Below are positions 11,912-23,562 of a stretch of DNA of 64,000 bases, one piece after another; within the stretch, counting starts at the first letter, position 1; every line of letters begins with the position of its first letter. Under the pieces are notes generated by a model. The model was not told the origin of the DNA and did no database searches. It saw only the letters and a list, made by a program, of their open reading frames with translations. The stretch is taken from assembly GCF_000143415.4 (NCBI RefSeq), contig NW_003314276.1, positions 831,630-895,629 on the forward strand, given 5' to 3'. This stretch comes from Selaginella moellendorffii (taxonomy: Eukaryota; Plantae; Lycopodiophyta). The position numbers and the translations under genes were made by a program.

Positions 11912-12428
11912 TACACTTCATTTTCCAATCGATTAATGATATTTGGGATTAAGTGTCCTTGGGTTTGAATAGTACTAGGTTGAGTGACCTCTCGGGAAGT
12001 TCAAATTCAAAAGTTTATAATGGTCACAGATTAGGTAGGAATAAGGCAATATTAAAAGCATTAAAGGATATTGAAAAAGCAAACCTCTAAAAGGGTGACT
12101 AAGGTATTGCAAAGATTGATAAGAGTCCAATGATAAGTTAGGTGTTAAACACCACATCAACCTGAAAGTTGGTATAGCACCTATTGCTAAAGCATTTGTC
12201 AAACTCAATCAGGAGGAGAGGGTAGTGGTGGACAAAATGGTGAATTGTGTGTTGACTATCGCCTCCTCAACAAGTCCACAATCAAGAACTTCTTTCCAAT
12301 TCTGAACATGGAAGAGCTCTTCAAGGAGCTGGGCTAGCTGTATTTCTTCACCAAACTAGATTTGAGATTTGACTATTACCAAATATTTGTCGCTGACAAG
12401 GACTGCTTCAAGACAGCTTTCGGGATAG

Positions 12429-15400
12429 TGTAAGCAACTAAATTTTCCATTCTACTTTAGTCACTTAACCACACCTCTAACCACTTGGAAGAGTCTCATT
12501 CACAACCTCCTTAAGTCCAATTCAGGACTTGGGACTTGCTAGTCCCGAGAATGGCATCCATGCCACTTAACCCTTGCACTTGGTCCAAGTGCTCCATGTG
12601 ACCAATCCCAAGACCGACACCCAAAGGTACCACTGACATATCAGCCTGTTACGCTAAGGCCATGCTCATTCACCTTTGCCGCACTGGTGGTCCAATACCA
12701 CTTGCATCACAATCCCGTCTCTCCAAGACTGGACCGTCCGTCCACGAGTGGTCATCCCAGATCCACTCCTTAGCATCCTTAGGATGCCCACAGACATGGG
12801 GAATAGCCTTCCCCAACATCCCTTTGTCAGTTCCTGCTAAGTCCCTTTTTCGTCCATGGCCATGTTCATCAACACTGCCACTAGATCAAGGCCCGCAGGC
12901 CCGGCCACTAAATCCCATTGTCCTTTGGGACTTCCTCACCATGTGACCGTATCCGTAGTCACTACTCTAGAGGATTGCTCCTCCTCCTTTCCCCCATTTG
13001 GGACTTCGGGACAACATTTCGGAACACCGTGGCCCTAAGTGAGCCTCGTGGGTACTCTCCCCACCTTCTGCCTTTAGGTGCTCTAGCCATGGGCTTAGAG
13101 CAAGGTTCCGTTGAGCCACACCAGGTATCCAAGTAGGTAGTGCCACCCACACTTGGACTGGGAGCATCGGCCAGTCGATCTCCCAGGGGAACTAGAGCCG
13201 GCTCTTGAACATTTCATCAAGCTAGCCCGCTTGTCGGTTTGTATTCACTCTAGTCTTGGACTTCCTAGTGGTCAGTTCATCACCCAACACTGGGTCTGGC
13301 CTTCCTGGGCCAAACTGGCCTTTTTTGGCCAAACTGGCTCCACTGCAGTCCTCCCCCTTACTATACTTTTGGAGCTCACCAAACCCCCCAGGGTTTGGGA
13401 GACGAACGCTTTGGGCTTTCACCCTCTTAGACTCGAACTCGGACTCGGACTTGGACTCGGACTCAGGCTCGGACTTGGACTCGGTCTCGGGCCTGGTCTC
13501 GGCCTCGGCCTCGGTCTCGGTCTCGGTCCCGGTCTCGGTCCCAGTCTCGGTCTCGGTCTTGGTCTCGGTCTCGACCTCAGACTCCATCTCGGACTCCATC
13601 TCGGGTCTATCTCAGACTCCATCTCAGACTCCATCTCGGGTCTATCTCGGACTCCATCTCGGGTCCATCTTAGACTCCATCTCGGGTCCTTCTCGGACTC
13701 CATCTCGGACTCCACCTCGGACTCTAACTCGGGTCCACCTCGGGTCCACCTTGGACTCCATCTCGGACTCCACCTCGGATTCCAACTTGGGTCCATCTCG
13801 GACTCCATCTCGGATCCACCTCAGACTCCATCTCGGACTCTGTCTTGGTCCATCTCGGACTCCATCTTGGACTCCAGCTCGGACTCCAACTCGGGTCCAT
13901 CTCGGACTCTGTCTCGGTCCATCTCGGACTTCGTCTCGGACCGCATCTCGAGTCCATCTCAGACTCCATCTCGGGTTCATCTTAGACACTTCTACATGTC
14001 ATGTGTTAGTCCTTTTTGGGTCCCTTTTTTAGAGCCTCGCTTATTGCTCGCTTCGTGCTCATTCCTCGAGCACTTTGTTGGGAGTTCCACTCCCGCTCTC
14101 GACCTTTCAAGTCGGAGCTTTTAGTTCACACGTGTTACACTCATTTGGCTTTCGCTTCGGCCACTACCACGTGGCACCCTTCCGACTCCACTTTGGGGCC
14201 TAAGGATTTTGTGTCTCACAACTCCACCACCCATAGACGAAGTTCGATGTCTTCATCGAACGGTAAACCCTTTTATAAAATAACACCCACAGGTATTACC
14301 ATTTCCATCCTTGGCACCCAGCCAATATTTGTCTATGGTTTGACCCCAAAGGCTCACCATACCTTGTCCATCCTCTAAGGAGCATAGTCTCTCTAACATA
14401 GAGACTCACTCGACCACCTAGGGTGGTTTGCTCCCTTTTATCGGTTCAATTCTCATTAAACCCATTAGAGACACCTTCTCTAACTCAATTCCACTACTCA
14501 TTCTTGAGTAGTCTCAGATTCCATTGACATAACCTCTGCACTTTGGAACTTTTAATTTTGACTTCTCCGAGTTAATTTCCTAGGTGTCTCCGACACCTTA
14601 TGTTGCATATAGTGCAACTCCACTTCCCTATCCTAAGAAGTTCTTTACTTGAGGGTACCATCATCCTCACTTTGATATTGTGCCACCTTTGGGCACTAAA
14701 TTTTAGTTATTATAATTGGTGCTAGGGCTGCCCATGGCCCTATTATTTGGCTACTTTACCGCTCCTCTCTTTGGAGCATCCACTTTCGCCAAATTGGAGT
14801 AGTTGGGAATCCATCCTTGGGGAAACATTGCCTTTCCCACAATTCATTAGTGCCCAACACATTAGTGTTCTCGGCCTAACTTTGCCATTTGGATTCTTTC
14901 TCATGATTCCCATGGCTCTTTTTTTAGCCATTAGTCTTTTGCTCCTATCCTTGATTGTTGCACCTAGCAACATAGGATCGCTACCTCCATTTTTGAGGTT
15001 TCCTTTTAGTTCTATAGCAAGCACTTTGCTTTGCCAAGTCCAGAGGGTGTTCACCCCTAATATGTTTCTTTAACATTTTCTGCCATGGGCTCTATCCACA
15101 ACCTAACTTTTGAAACCCTCCTTTGGATCTCTTATAAAGACTACTTTCCTTGGACTTACTATGCCATAGCATTGACATAGCTCATTTCCCTTAGGTGTTC
15201 TTCCCACTTGGTCACCTTGACCAAGCCACACCATTATCAATCGTTCAAATCAACACTTTGAACTAGGAATCGTATTCCTTAACCCAAACAAAGACCTTAT
15301 CCTTGTTTAACCACAAGATCACTTAGTGATCTCATCTTAACCCCTTAATAGGTCTACCAATAGGAACTAGGTCTTCCAGACCCTTCTAAGTTGTTGATTA

Positions 15401-18400
15401 TGACCCCGGGGGCATCCCCCACACTTGGCAGTGCACCCTTCCGGCCAAGGATCCATACAACTAAGACTTGGGTGTCCCCATCTCATTCACCACGTCCTTG
15501 GTGCCCTTTGCACCAAAGTGTTCAAGTTAGATATGCCAAGCTTTCACTCTAAGCCATCTAACCGTGCATCACGACTCTGGGGCATCCCCCGCTTGGCAGT
15601 GTGCCCAAGCCAATCTCCTCATTGAGAGTCTATGACCACCGAAATATGAGTGTCCTCATATTCCAAACCATCACCACGCCCTAGTGATTTGGGACTCGAA
15701 CCCAAGCACTAGAGGGTCAAGACTCGAACCCAACCTCCGTATATGCATCTACGGATGGCATCACACTGGATGTCTGGCGTGACTCCCCACGCTAGTGCAC
15801 CAACATGCGCTATAGATCACACATTAGGAACCTAGTTCCTTTGCACTGCCAAGTCCTCTCACTTGACAAGTCTGTGATCATGCATGAACTCTTCTATGCT
15901 CGGCCCCATGGGCCACCCCATTGAAGTTAGCACCTTCAACTAGGGGATTTGTTCCCCTAACTTGCCAATCTCACTTAACAAGTTATCCGGCCATTGTAAT
16001 ATAGTTCATGCATAAGCATGAAAGTCCTTAATCATCGACTTTCATTCAAAGCCCTCTCTTTGAACACTTGGGAACTACTTCCCCAACCTTGATAGCCTCG
16101 CCTCATAGCCAGCTTCAAGACCACGCTTCTGCTATGCCACTCTGATTTCATGCGCTCTAGGAACCATTTACACTTGGCTTTCTAGGTACTTATCTACCCA
16201 GAATTGTCTTTGGGAACCTTCAAGGAACTTTGTTCCTTAGTTTGTTAAGGCTTCTCCTTTGCAAGCTCCCTACTCACCACATGGTCTAACATGGATAATT
16301 CCACATTTTAGACTCTTCATGGTACTGCGGTTGCTAGTAGTAACATCTTTGAGCACTCTCTTGATTTTCCACTCCCAACTTGCATAACCACCATTGATTA
16401 TGCCCTTTGATTTCTATGGTTCTATTCCATCCCAATACTACTTGCCCTTTGGCCTTATATGTTTCCCTTAGTTATTCTCCTCCAGACTAGGAAGATAGCT
16501 TTGCACCTTTTACCATGCCCTAGCAAGTATTCATAGGGATGAACTTATCTAATAGTTTAGGGAGTGGTTCCTCAATTTGAGCACGCTCACCTTATAATCC
16601 CACACACTATGATTAACATTGCTACTTATGGGCTTCTATATGCCCATCACTAGCCTTGCCAAAATCCCATTTTTGGCTATGTCCAAATCGGGTAGACGGA
16701 TTTCTCCCATCTCCAGAACCATGGACATTTAGATAGCACCTCTTATCCATCATTCGCTAGGGACTTATCTAATGCCCTTGCGATACCAAACACCACTTCC
16801 TGGTGTTTTAGAGTGTTTGGGTGTCCCAATGATGGCCTTCTTTAGCAATGAGCATTCCCTTTACGACATTGACTTATTATTTCACAACATAAGCAATTTC
16901 TCCCCCATAAGGGTATATTTAACTTCCTTATCCCCATAAAAAGTCTTAGGTAGTTACCTTCTACCAATTTAACCAATTATTTCGCACCTTTTGCTTAGTT
17001 GCCTCATAGTTATCAAGTCCTACAACTCATTGCTGGTGCTTCCACACCTCCATCATTATTTGGGTCACCACACTCTAACCACATGCCTTCCAGCTTAGGC
17101 TATGCCATTCCCATTTTCGTTGGGATTCCCTTGGCAAGGGGTTCTTATGAACCCACCAACATAACCTCAAGGTATCACACCTTGGCATATTTGGTGTCTC
17201 CACACCATTGGCCCCACGAGCCTATCCTTATGACACTACTTATTAGTGTCTAGGTTTTTGCTAAGACCAATATAGTTGTTCCTCATGTTAACTATCCGTT
17301 AGCACCGCACTATAGTGTTTGCACCCAACTCTGGGCCAAAGTTGCTTTCTTCTGGGAACATCTTTCCCACACAACTTTAGTATGGCACATTTTGCCATCA
17401 ATGAGATACTTACTGTTCTCATATTTGGATCTTATGATCCTCCCCATACCTCATGGGGCACCATACACCTCAATCCAAATGCTTCAACCAATCCCTTAGG
17501 ACCATTTCATGACTCCACTTGAGTTATCTAGCATTTTGGACTTTGCAAATCCAACAACCTACAAGGTCTTAATCTTCGAGGTGCCAACTTGCTAGAATAC
17601 AACTTCTTGTATTCATGTCCTACTCATAAGGACCATCTTTGCAAGTGTTACTCCGACACTTGATAATTTTCTTGGGGCTAACCTTTGCCCCTTATGACTA
17701 CTTGTCCATGTGATGAGAATAGCAACTCATCTTTAAGTACACCCCCAACTCCTTGGGTTGTTCCAGCATTTATTAGAGGTAACCCTGGCTACTATTTCAA
17801 AGACTGGTGTCCTCTTCTGTATTTGACCTCCCATAGTCACCAATTCCAGTCTCAAATTTATGAGTACCAGCCTCAACTATATAAAGGTAATCTTGTGACT
17901 CCTTTATTGTTTTGGAGTCTGCATCTTTCTTGTGATCCCAACTGTAGTTGTTTACCACAACTACATCAGCCAGTTTGCTAAGTCAAGTGCTCATCTAGAT
18001 CACATCCTCAACTCTCTGAGGAAACCCTTATACTGTTCCCAAGATCCCAAAGTCATTCCCTTACTGGCCCTTTTCTATCCACCACATCGTGCCCAAGTTC
18101 ACGCATGAACTTGAGTGGAGAGCCATGTCCTCTTGACATGCTACTCCTCAAGGATAGGCCCACTCCTAGGACCTTCCGATGCCAACGTCAATGGTGATAT
18201 ACTTGAGCACCAATAAAAGTCGGACTAAGGAACGGCTCCGATACTAAATTGTAAGCGACTAAATTTTCCATTCTACTTTAGTCACTTAACCACACCTCTG
18301 ACCACTTGGAAGAGTCTCATTCACAACCTCCTTAAGTCCAATTCAGGACTTAGGACTTGCTAGTCCTGAGAATGGCATCCATGCCACTTAACCCTTGCAC

Positions 18401-20619
18401 TTGGTCCAAATGCTCCATGTGACCAGTCCTAAGACTGACACCAAAGGTACCACCAACANNNNNNNNNNNNNNNNNNNNNNNNNNNNNNNNNNNNNNNNNN
18501 NNNNNNNNNNNNNNNNNNNNNNNNNNNNNNNNNNNNNNNNNNNNNNNNNNNNNNNNNNACACCACATCAACCTGAAAGTTGGTATAGCACCTATTGCTAA
18601 AGCATTTGTCAAACTCAATCAGGAGGAGAGGGTAGTGGTGGACAAAATGGTGAATTGTGTGTTGACTATCGCCTCCTCAACAAGTCCACAATCAAGAACT
18701 TCTTTCCAATTCTGAACATGGAAGAGCTCTTCAAGGAGCTGGGCTAGCTGTATTTCTTCACCAAACTAGATTTGAGATTTGACTATTACCAAATATTTGT
18801 CGCTGACAAGGACTGCTTCAAGACAGCTTTCGGGATAGTGTAAGCAACTAAATTTTCCATTCTACTTTAGTCACTTAACCACACCTCTAACCACTTGGAA
18901 GAGTCTCATTCACAACCTCCTTAAGTCCAATTCAGGACTTAGGACTTGCTAGTCCTGAGAATGGCATCCATGCCACTTAACCCTTGCACTTGGTCCAAAT
19001 GCTCCATGTGACCAGTCCTAAGACTGACACCCAAAGGTACCACTGACATATCGGCCTGTTACGCTAAGGCCATGCTCATTCACCTTTGCCGCATTGGTGG
19101 TCCAATACCACTTGCATCACAATCCCATCTCTCCAAGACTGGACCGTCCGTCCACGAGTGGTCATCCCAGATCCACTCCTTAGCATCCTTAGGATGTCCA
19201 CAGACATGGGGAATAGCCTTCCCCAACATCCCTTTGTCAGTTCCTGCTAAATCCCTTTTTCGTCCATGGCTATGTTCATCAACACTGCCACTAGATCAAG
19301 GCCCGCAGGCCCGGCCACTAAATCCCATTGTCCTTTGGGACTTCCTCACCATGTGACCGTATCCGTAGTCACTACTCTAGAGGATTGCTCCTCCTCCTTT
19401 CCCCCATTTGGGACTTCGGGACAACATTTCGGAACACCGTGGCCCTATGTGAGCCTCGTGGGTACTCTCCCCTTAGGTGCTCTAGCCATGGGCTTAGAGC
19501 GAGGTTCCGTTGAGCCACACCAGGTATCCAAGTAGGTAGTGCCACCCACACTTGGATTGGGAGCATCGGCCAATCGATCTCCCGGGGGAACTAGAGCCAG
19601 CTCTTGAACACTTCACCAAGCTACCCTGCTTGTTGGTCCGTATTCACTATAGTCTTGGACTTCCCAGTGGTCAGTTCATCATCCAACACTGGGTCTGGCC
19701 TTCCTAGGCCAAACTGGCTCCATTGCAGTCCTCCCCCTTACTATACTTTTGGAGTTCACCAAACCCCCCAGGGTTTGGGAGATGAACGCTTTGGGCTTTC
19801 ACCCTCTCAGACTCGAACTCGGACTCGGACTCAAACTCGGACTCGGACTCGGACTCGGACTCGGACTCAAACTCGCACTCGAGCTCGGGCCCGGTCTCAG
19901 TCTCGGTCCCGGTCCCGGTCTCGGTCTCGGTCCCGGTCTCAGTCCCGGTCCCGGTCTCGGTCTCGGTCCCGGTCTCAGTCCCGGTCTCGATCTCGGTCTC
20001 GGTCTTGACCTCGGACTCCATCTCGGACTCCATCTCGGGTCTATCTCAGACTCCATCTCAGACTCCATCTCGGGTCTATCTCGGACTCCATCTCGGGTCC
20101 ATCTTGGACTTCATCTCGGGTCCTTCTCGGACTCCACCTCGGAGTCCAACTCGGGTCCACCTCGGGTCCATCTCGGACTCCATCTTGGACTCCACCTCGG
20201 ATTCTAACTTGGGTCCATCTCGGACTCCATCTCGGATCCACCTCAGACTCCATCTCGGACTCCGTCTCGGTCCATCTCGGACTCCAACTCGGGTCCATCT
20301 CGGACTCCGTCTCAGACTCCATCTCGGACTCCGTCTCGGACCCCATCTTGGGTCCATCTCGGACTCCATCTCGAGTTCATCTCGGACACTTCTACATGTC
20401 ATGTGTTAGTCTTTTTGGGTCCCTTTTTTAGAGCCTCGCTTATTGCTCGCTTCGTGCTCATTCCTCGAGCACTTTGTTGGGAGTTCCACTCCCGCTCTCG
20501 ACCTTTCAAGTCGGAGCTTTTAGTCCAAACATGTTACGCTCGTTTGGCTTTCACTTCGGCCACTACCACGTGGCGCCCTTTCGGCTCCACTTTGGGGCCT
20601 AGGGATTTTGTGTCTCACA
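12429..20619 (-). mobile_element. Non-autonomous (LARD-like) LTR retrotransposon, family A
   Basis: LTRs at 12429-14220, 18250-gap and 18839-20619. TSD GATAG at 12424-12428 and 20620-20624. Minus-strand PBS (tagtatcggagcc) at 18234-18246 and PPT (gggtggtggag) at 14222-14232. The ~4-kb interior has no ORF longer than about 110 aa and no recognisable gag/pol. Confidence 0.85.
18459..18558. other. Assembly gap (100 N); 18559-18838 repeats 12149-12428
   Basis: N run. The post-gap sequence reads identically to the left flank of the element. Confidence 0.95.
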
Positions 20620-22395
20620 GATAGATGTTATAGATGCCTTGGATGCAAGGGTAGGAGCTATCTTGAAACAAGGGGAGAACCTCATAGCCTTCAAGAGTAG
20701 CAAACTTAGTGACATGAAGACTTGCCAGCTGGTTTATGAGCAAGAGATAGATCACAGAGGGGCATAATCAGGACCCAGTACTATCACCAATACTAGATCA
20801 CTTCCAGCCCTCATATTCTGATTTCAGCTTCAAAGATGGGCAAAGGATACCCTTTGTCACTTGCTGGGAAGCCAAGAAGATATACTACCTCATGAGGACT
20901 TTACGGATCCGAGATGTAGGGGCCAGGCTTATCCAATGTGCAGTGGATGTTGACAGAAACTGGAGACCTAGGAATCTCCCACAAGATATGATACCCAACT
21001 GGAAGTCATGGCATGCACTATCCTCTATCTTCGGTTCCTATGATGAGGAAAGGTTGTAGATAGTGTCATTGAGGACTCCAAACAACTAGATTGACAATAC
21101 GGGATGGGATGGTGGCACAGCATCATCAAATGGACAACCAGCTTTGGACACGAGATCAACCACTTGCTTGACGAGGAAAACAGGTTGTGTGGATAAGAAC
21201 CAAGTAGCCATGACTAGGTACCATTTGTACACAGAGGAGATCAACCTAAACAAGATACATAGTGACAATTTATAATAAGCTCTCAAATTGGAATAGACAA
21301 ACATTTTATGAATAGGACATGAATATAAGAAATTGTATTCAAGTGTGGTGGCATTTCAAAAATAGTCATCAGGCTAAAACCTTATAAGTCATCAGCTTAA
21401 CAAAATTCAAAAGCTAGATCACTTAATAGAGTCAAGGGATGGTCCAAAAAGTTTGGAGGAAGCACATTTGAACAAATATATATTGTACCTAATGAAAGAT
21501 TAGAAAGATTATAATATCTAAGTATGAGAATAATGAATATTTTATTGATGGTGGAAAGTGCTATACTAAACTTCTGAAAATGTGTTCATAGAATAAAACA
21601 ATTTTTGCAAAGAGTTGTATATAAACACTACGGTGCAATGCTAACTAATAATTGACATAAGAAACAACTACTATATCTTAGAAAATACCTAGACACAAGT
21701 GGGATGATGCTACCGCACAAGGAGCCACCAACTTTACATCCAACCAAAGTCCAATGCACCAAAGGGACAGAAATAGTGACACCAACACTGCCTGATATAC
21801 CAAGATCTGCTCTCCCCCCACATCAACTGGAACACCCACTGCTAGCCACCCCTGAATATGCAGTGCTGTTACCTGAGACCCTCCAGGAAACAACACCCAG
21901 ACAATGAAGCAGGGACAGCTAGCAGTGACACCAATGGAGGAGCTGTGGAGCCATGGGAGAAAATCAACACGTGAACACTAATCCACCTTGCATTTTTGCT
22001 CCCGAGGAATTAAAATCATGATCACTCGATGCTACTGCCTTTCCTTTAAGCGAAGAACACAACTTTAAACAACATATAAATAGATACAGTTTAAAGCTGT
22101 GGTTAGAGTTTCCTGAATCCATCAGTTGGATGTAACCAGTATATGAATGAATGAATGAATTTTGTCTTGTGCTCCAATGGTACCAATTGAAGAACGGCAT
22201 GGGTGTTCAGTCATACCTTTAAGGCAGATGTGACAAACTCAACAAGATTGCCTAAGATTGTGGACGTCTTTTTTCAGATTCAGCATCCCTGGACAGATCT
22301 AATATGTGTGTGGAGGACAGTCTAACAAACAGACTTGTTTCAGGTCAAGGGCCTGTTTTTCTTGCTACTTCGTTAAAACATTTAGAAACTTGTTC

Positions 22396-22469
22396 TAGAG
22401 CCGATCCCGGGTTCGAACCCAAGAGGGACTCCTTTTAATTTCCTGGGGCACGGCGAACACGTGACTCCT
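22396..22469 (+). repeat. Internally deleted third copy of the tRNA-like repeat at 37779/39518
   Basis: tagagccgatcccgggttcgaaccc-aagagggac-tcctttta.tttcc-ggggcacgg-cgaacac-actcct, collinear with the longer copies. Confidence 0.75.
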
Positions 22470-22617
22470 GTCTAATTTTTGCGTGCTCAACGTGGATTTT
22501 GCGTCAAGCTGATCTTCACGCGTTATATGGTTTAGATTTATTTTTGGCTAGCGATTTTGACTAAAAGAGCTTCTGGATTGGCTATCTACAAGCAAAGTGG
22601 TAGACGATACACGTACT

Positions 22618-23314
22618 CTACTTTACCATGAAGTATATGAGGAGGAACACGAGAAGAAACGAGGCAACGATCGTGAACATGTTGCGGCCAGATTTTGTTT
22701 CGAAGACCTGGGGGGATCGCAAAGTCAGTAGCAGTCGATCGAGCCAAAGAGAAGAACAAAAATCGAGTTCGCTTAGCTTACTCTTTTGAATCGATCGACT
22801 GTCCCGGAAAGCATGCCTCGCGCAGTATCCATTCCACTCCCCTGTGCAATTCTAGAGATTAGCAAAGATCTCTTTCGAGAAAGCTTACGTGCGTACCATT
22901 TGATCCAGGAGTCGAGAATGCGATTGCGCTTCTTCATGGATATCTGTTGTCAGCTGCGAGAAAGAAATCCACAAAACGGTGATGAAAGATCGAAAAGAAA
23001 GACGCAGCTACGAGAGAAGCAAATTTGGTTCTCTAGGACCAAATTACCAAAGGGAAAAGAAAAATGGAAGAAAGAGCTCTCGATCTTACCGTCTTGAGCA
23101 TCCGGACTCGATCGTGGAGGCCGTCCAGATCTCTCTCATTCTCTTGCTCATCGATCTCGCCGCTGGCATACGAGGACGAAACATTCCTCCCGGCTTCCAG
23201 ATTATCAAACAGGGAGCTCCTGTTGCCGCGATAATCCCTGCGTCACAAACACCACAAAACCCTAGCGCCCAGAGTCGATTGGAAAGCGTCGAATTCTCAC
23301 CGCCATTGGCTCAT
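22618..23314 (-). CDS. BET1: Bet1-like Qc-SNARE (5 exons); too fragmented for the ORF track
   Basis: Manual splice with GT-AG introns: MSQWR|DYRGNRSSLFDNLEAG...EIDEQENERDLDGLHDRVRMLKT|LTTDIHEEAQSHSRLLDQM|GSGMDTARGMLSGTVDRFKR|VFETKSGRNMFTIVASFLLVFLLIYFMVK*. Matches the plant BET11 pattern, with a C-terminal TM helix. Confidence 0.92.
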
Positions 23315-23562
23315 CGCTCTAAGCGCGATCGCTCGCTCGCTCGCTCGCTAGATCCCAATTGCCTTCCCTAGGGCCACAGTAAAATTTCTCTCTAGGTTTC
23401 CATCCAGCTAGGGCTTGTGGGGGAGCGCCTTGGATTTGCGCTTAGATCTGGAAGCTCGTTCCATCGGCCAGGTCTGGATCGTGCATTGGATCCCGAATGC
23501 CGGATTCCAGGCGCTGAAATCTTCGTTGATCCACATCGCGTCGGTCGGCACAGGGATTTCGG

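Larger units (their letters stand above)
9481..12019 (+). mobile_element. Cassandra-type TRIM with 5S rRNA-derived LTR segment; 3' LTR interrupted by a solo LTR
   Basis: 5' LTR 9481-9673 (TGTAAG...TTACA). PBS tggtattagag at 9676. ~180-bp non-coding interior. 3' LTR at 9852-9934 plus 11917-12019. 5-bp TSD ATGGT at 9476-9480 and 12020-12024. Both LTRs carry a 5S internal-promoter-like segment. Confidence 0.88.
8890..21300 (+). mobile_element. Old, decayed Ty3/gypsy pol acting as host for the nested insertions; pieces at ~8890-9300 (protease), 12020-12428 (RT) and 20620-~21300 (RNase H onward)
   Basis: ALIDSRMSHMFV...NIIIGIKTL (aspartic protease). HHINLKVGIAP and LDLRFDYYQI...KTAF (RT). DA..VGAILKQGE.LIAF.S.KL (RNase H). 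Collinear once the insertions are removed. Confidence 0.7.

Noticed and set aside
9917-14124. Long ORFs (357, 281, 323, 258 aa, and similar at 19.6-20.4 kb and 58.0-58.3 kb) with SRTP/LHLG/MESE repeats
   Set aside because: They are translations of stop-poor tandem arrays inside LTRs, open in several frames on both strands.
18559-18838. True tandem duplication of the RT fragment
   Set aside because: It reads identically to 12149-12428 and directly follows an N gap, so haplotype overlap or misassembly is more likely.
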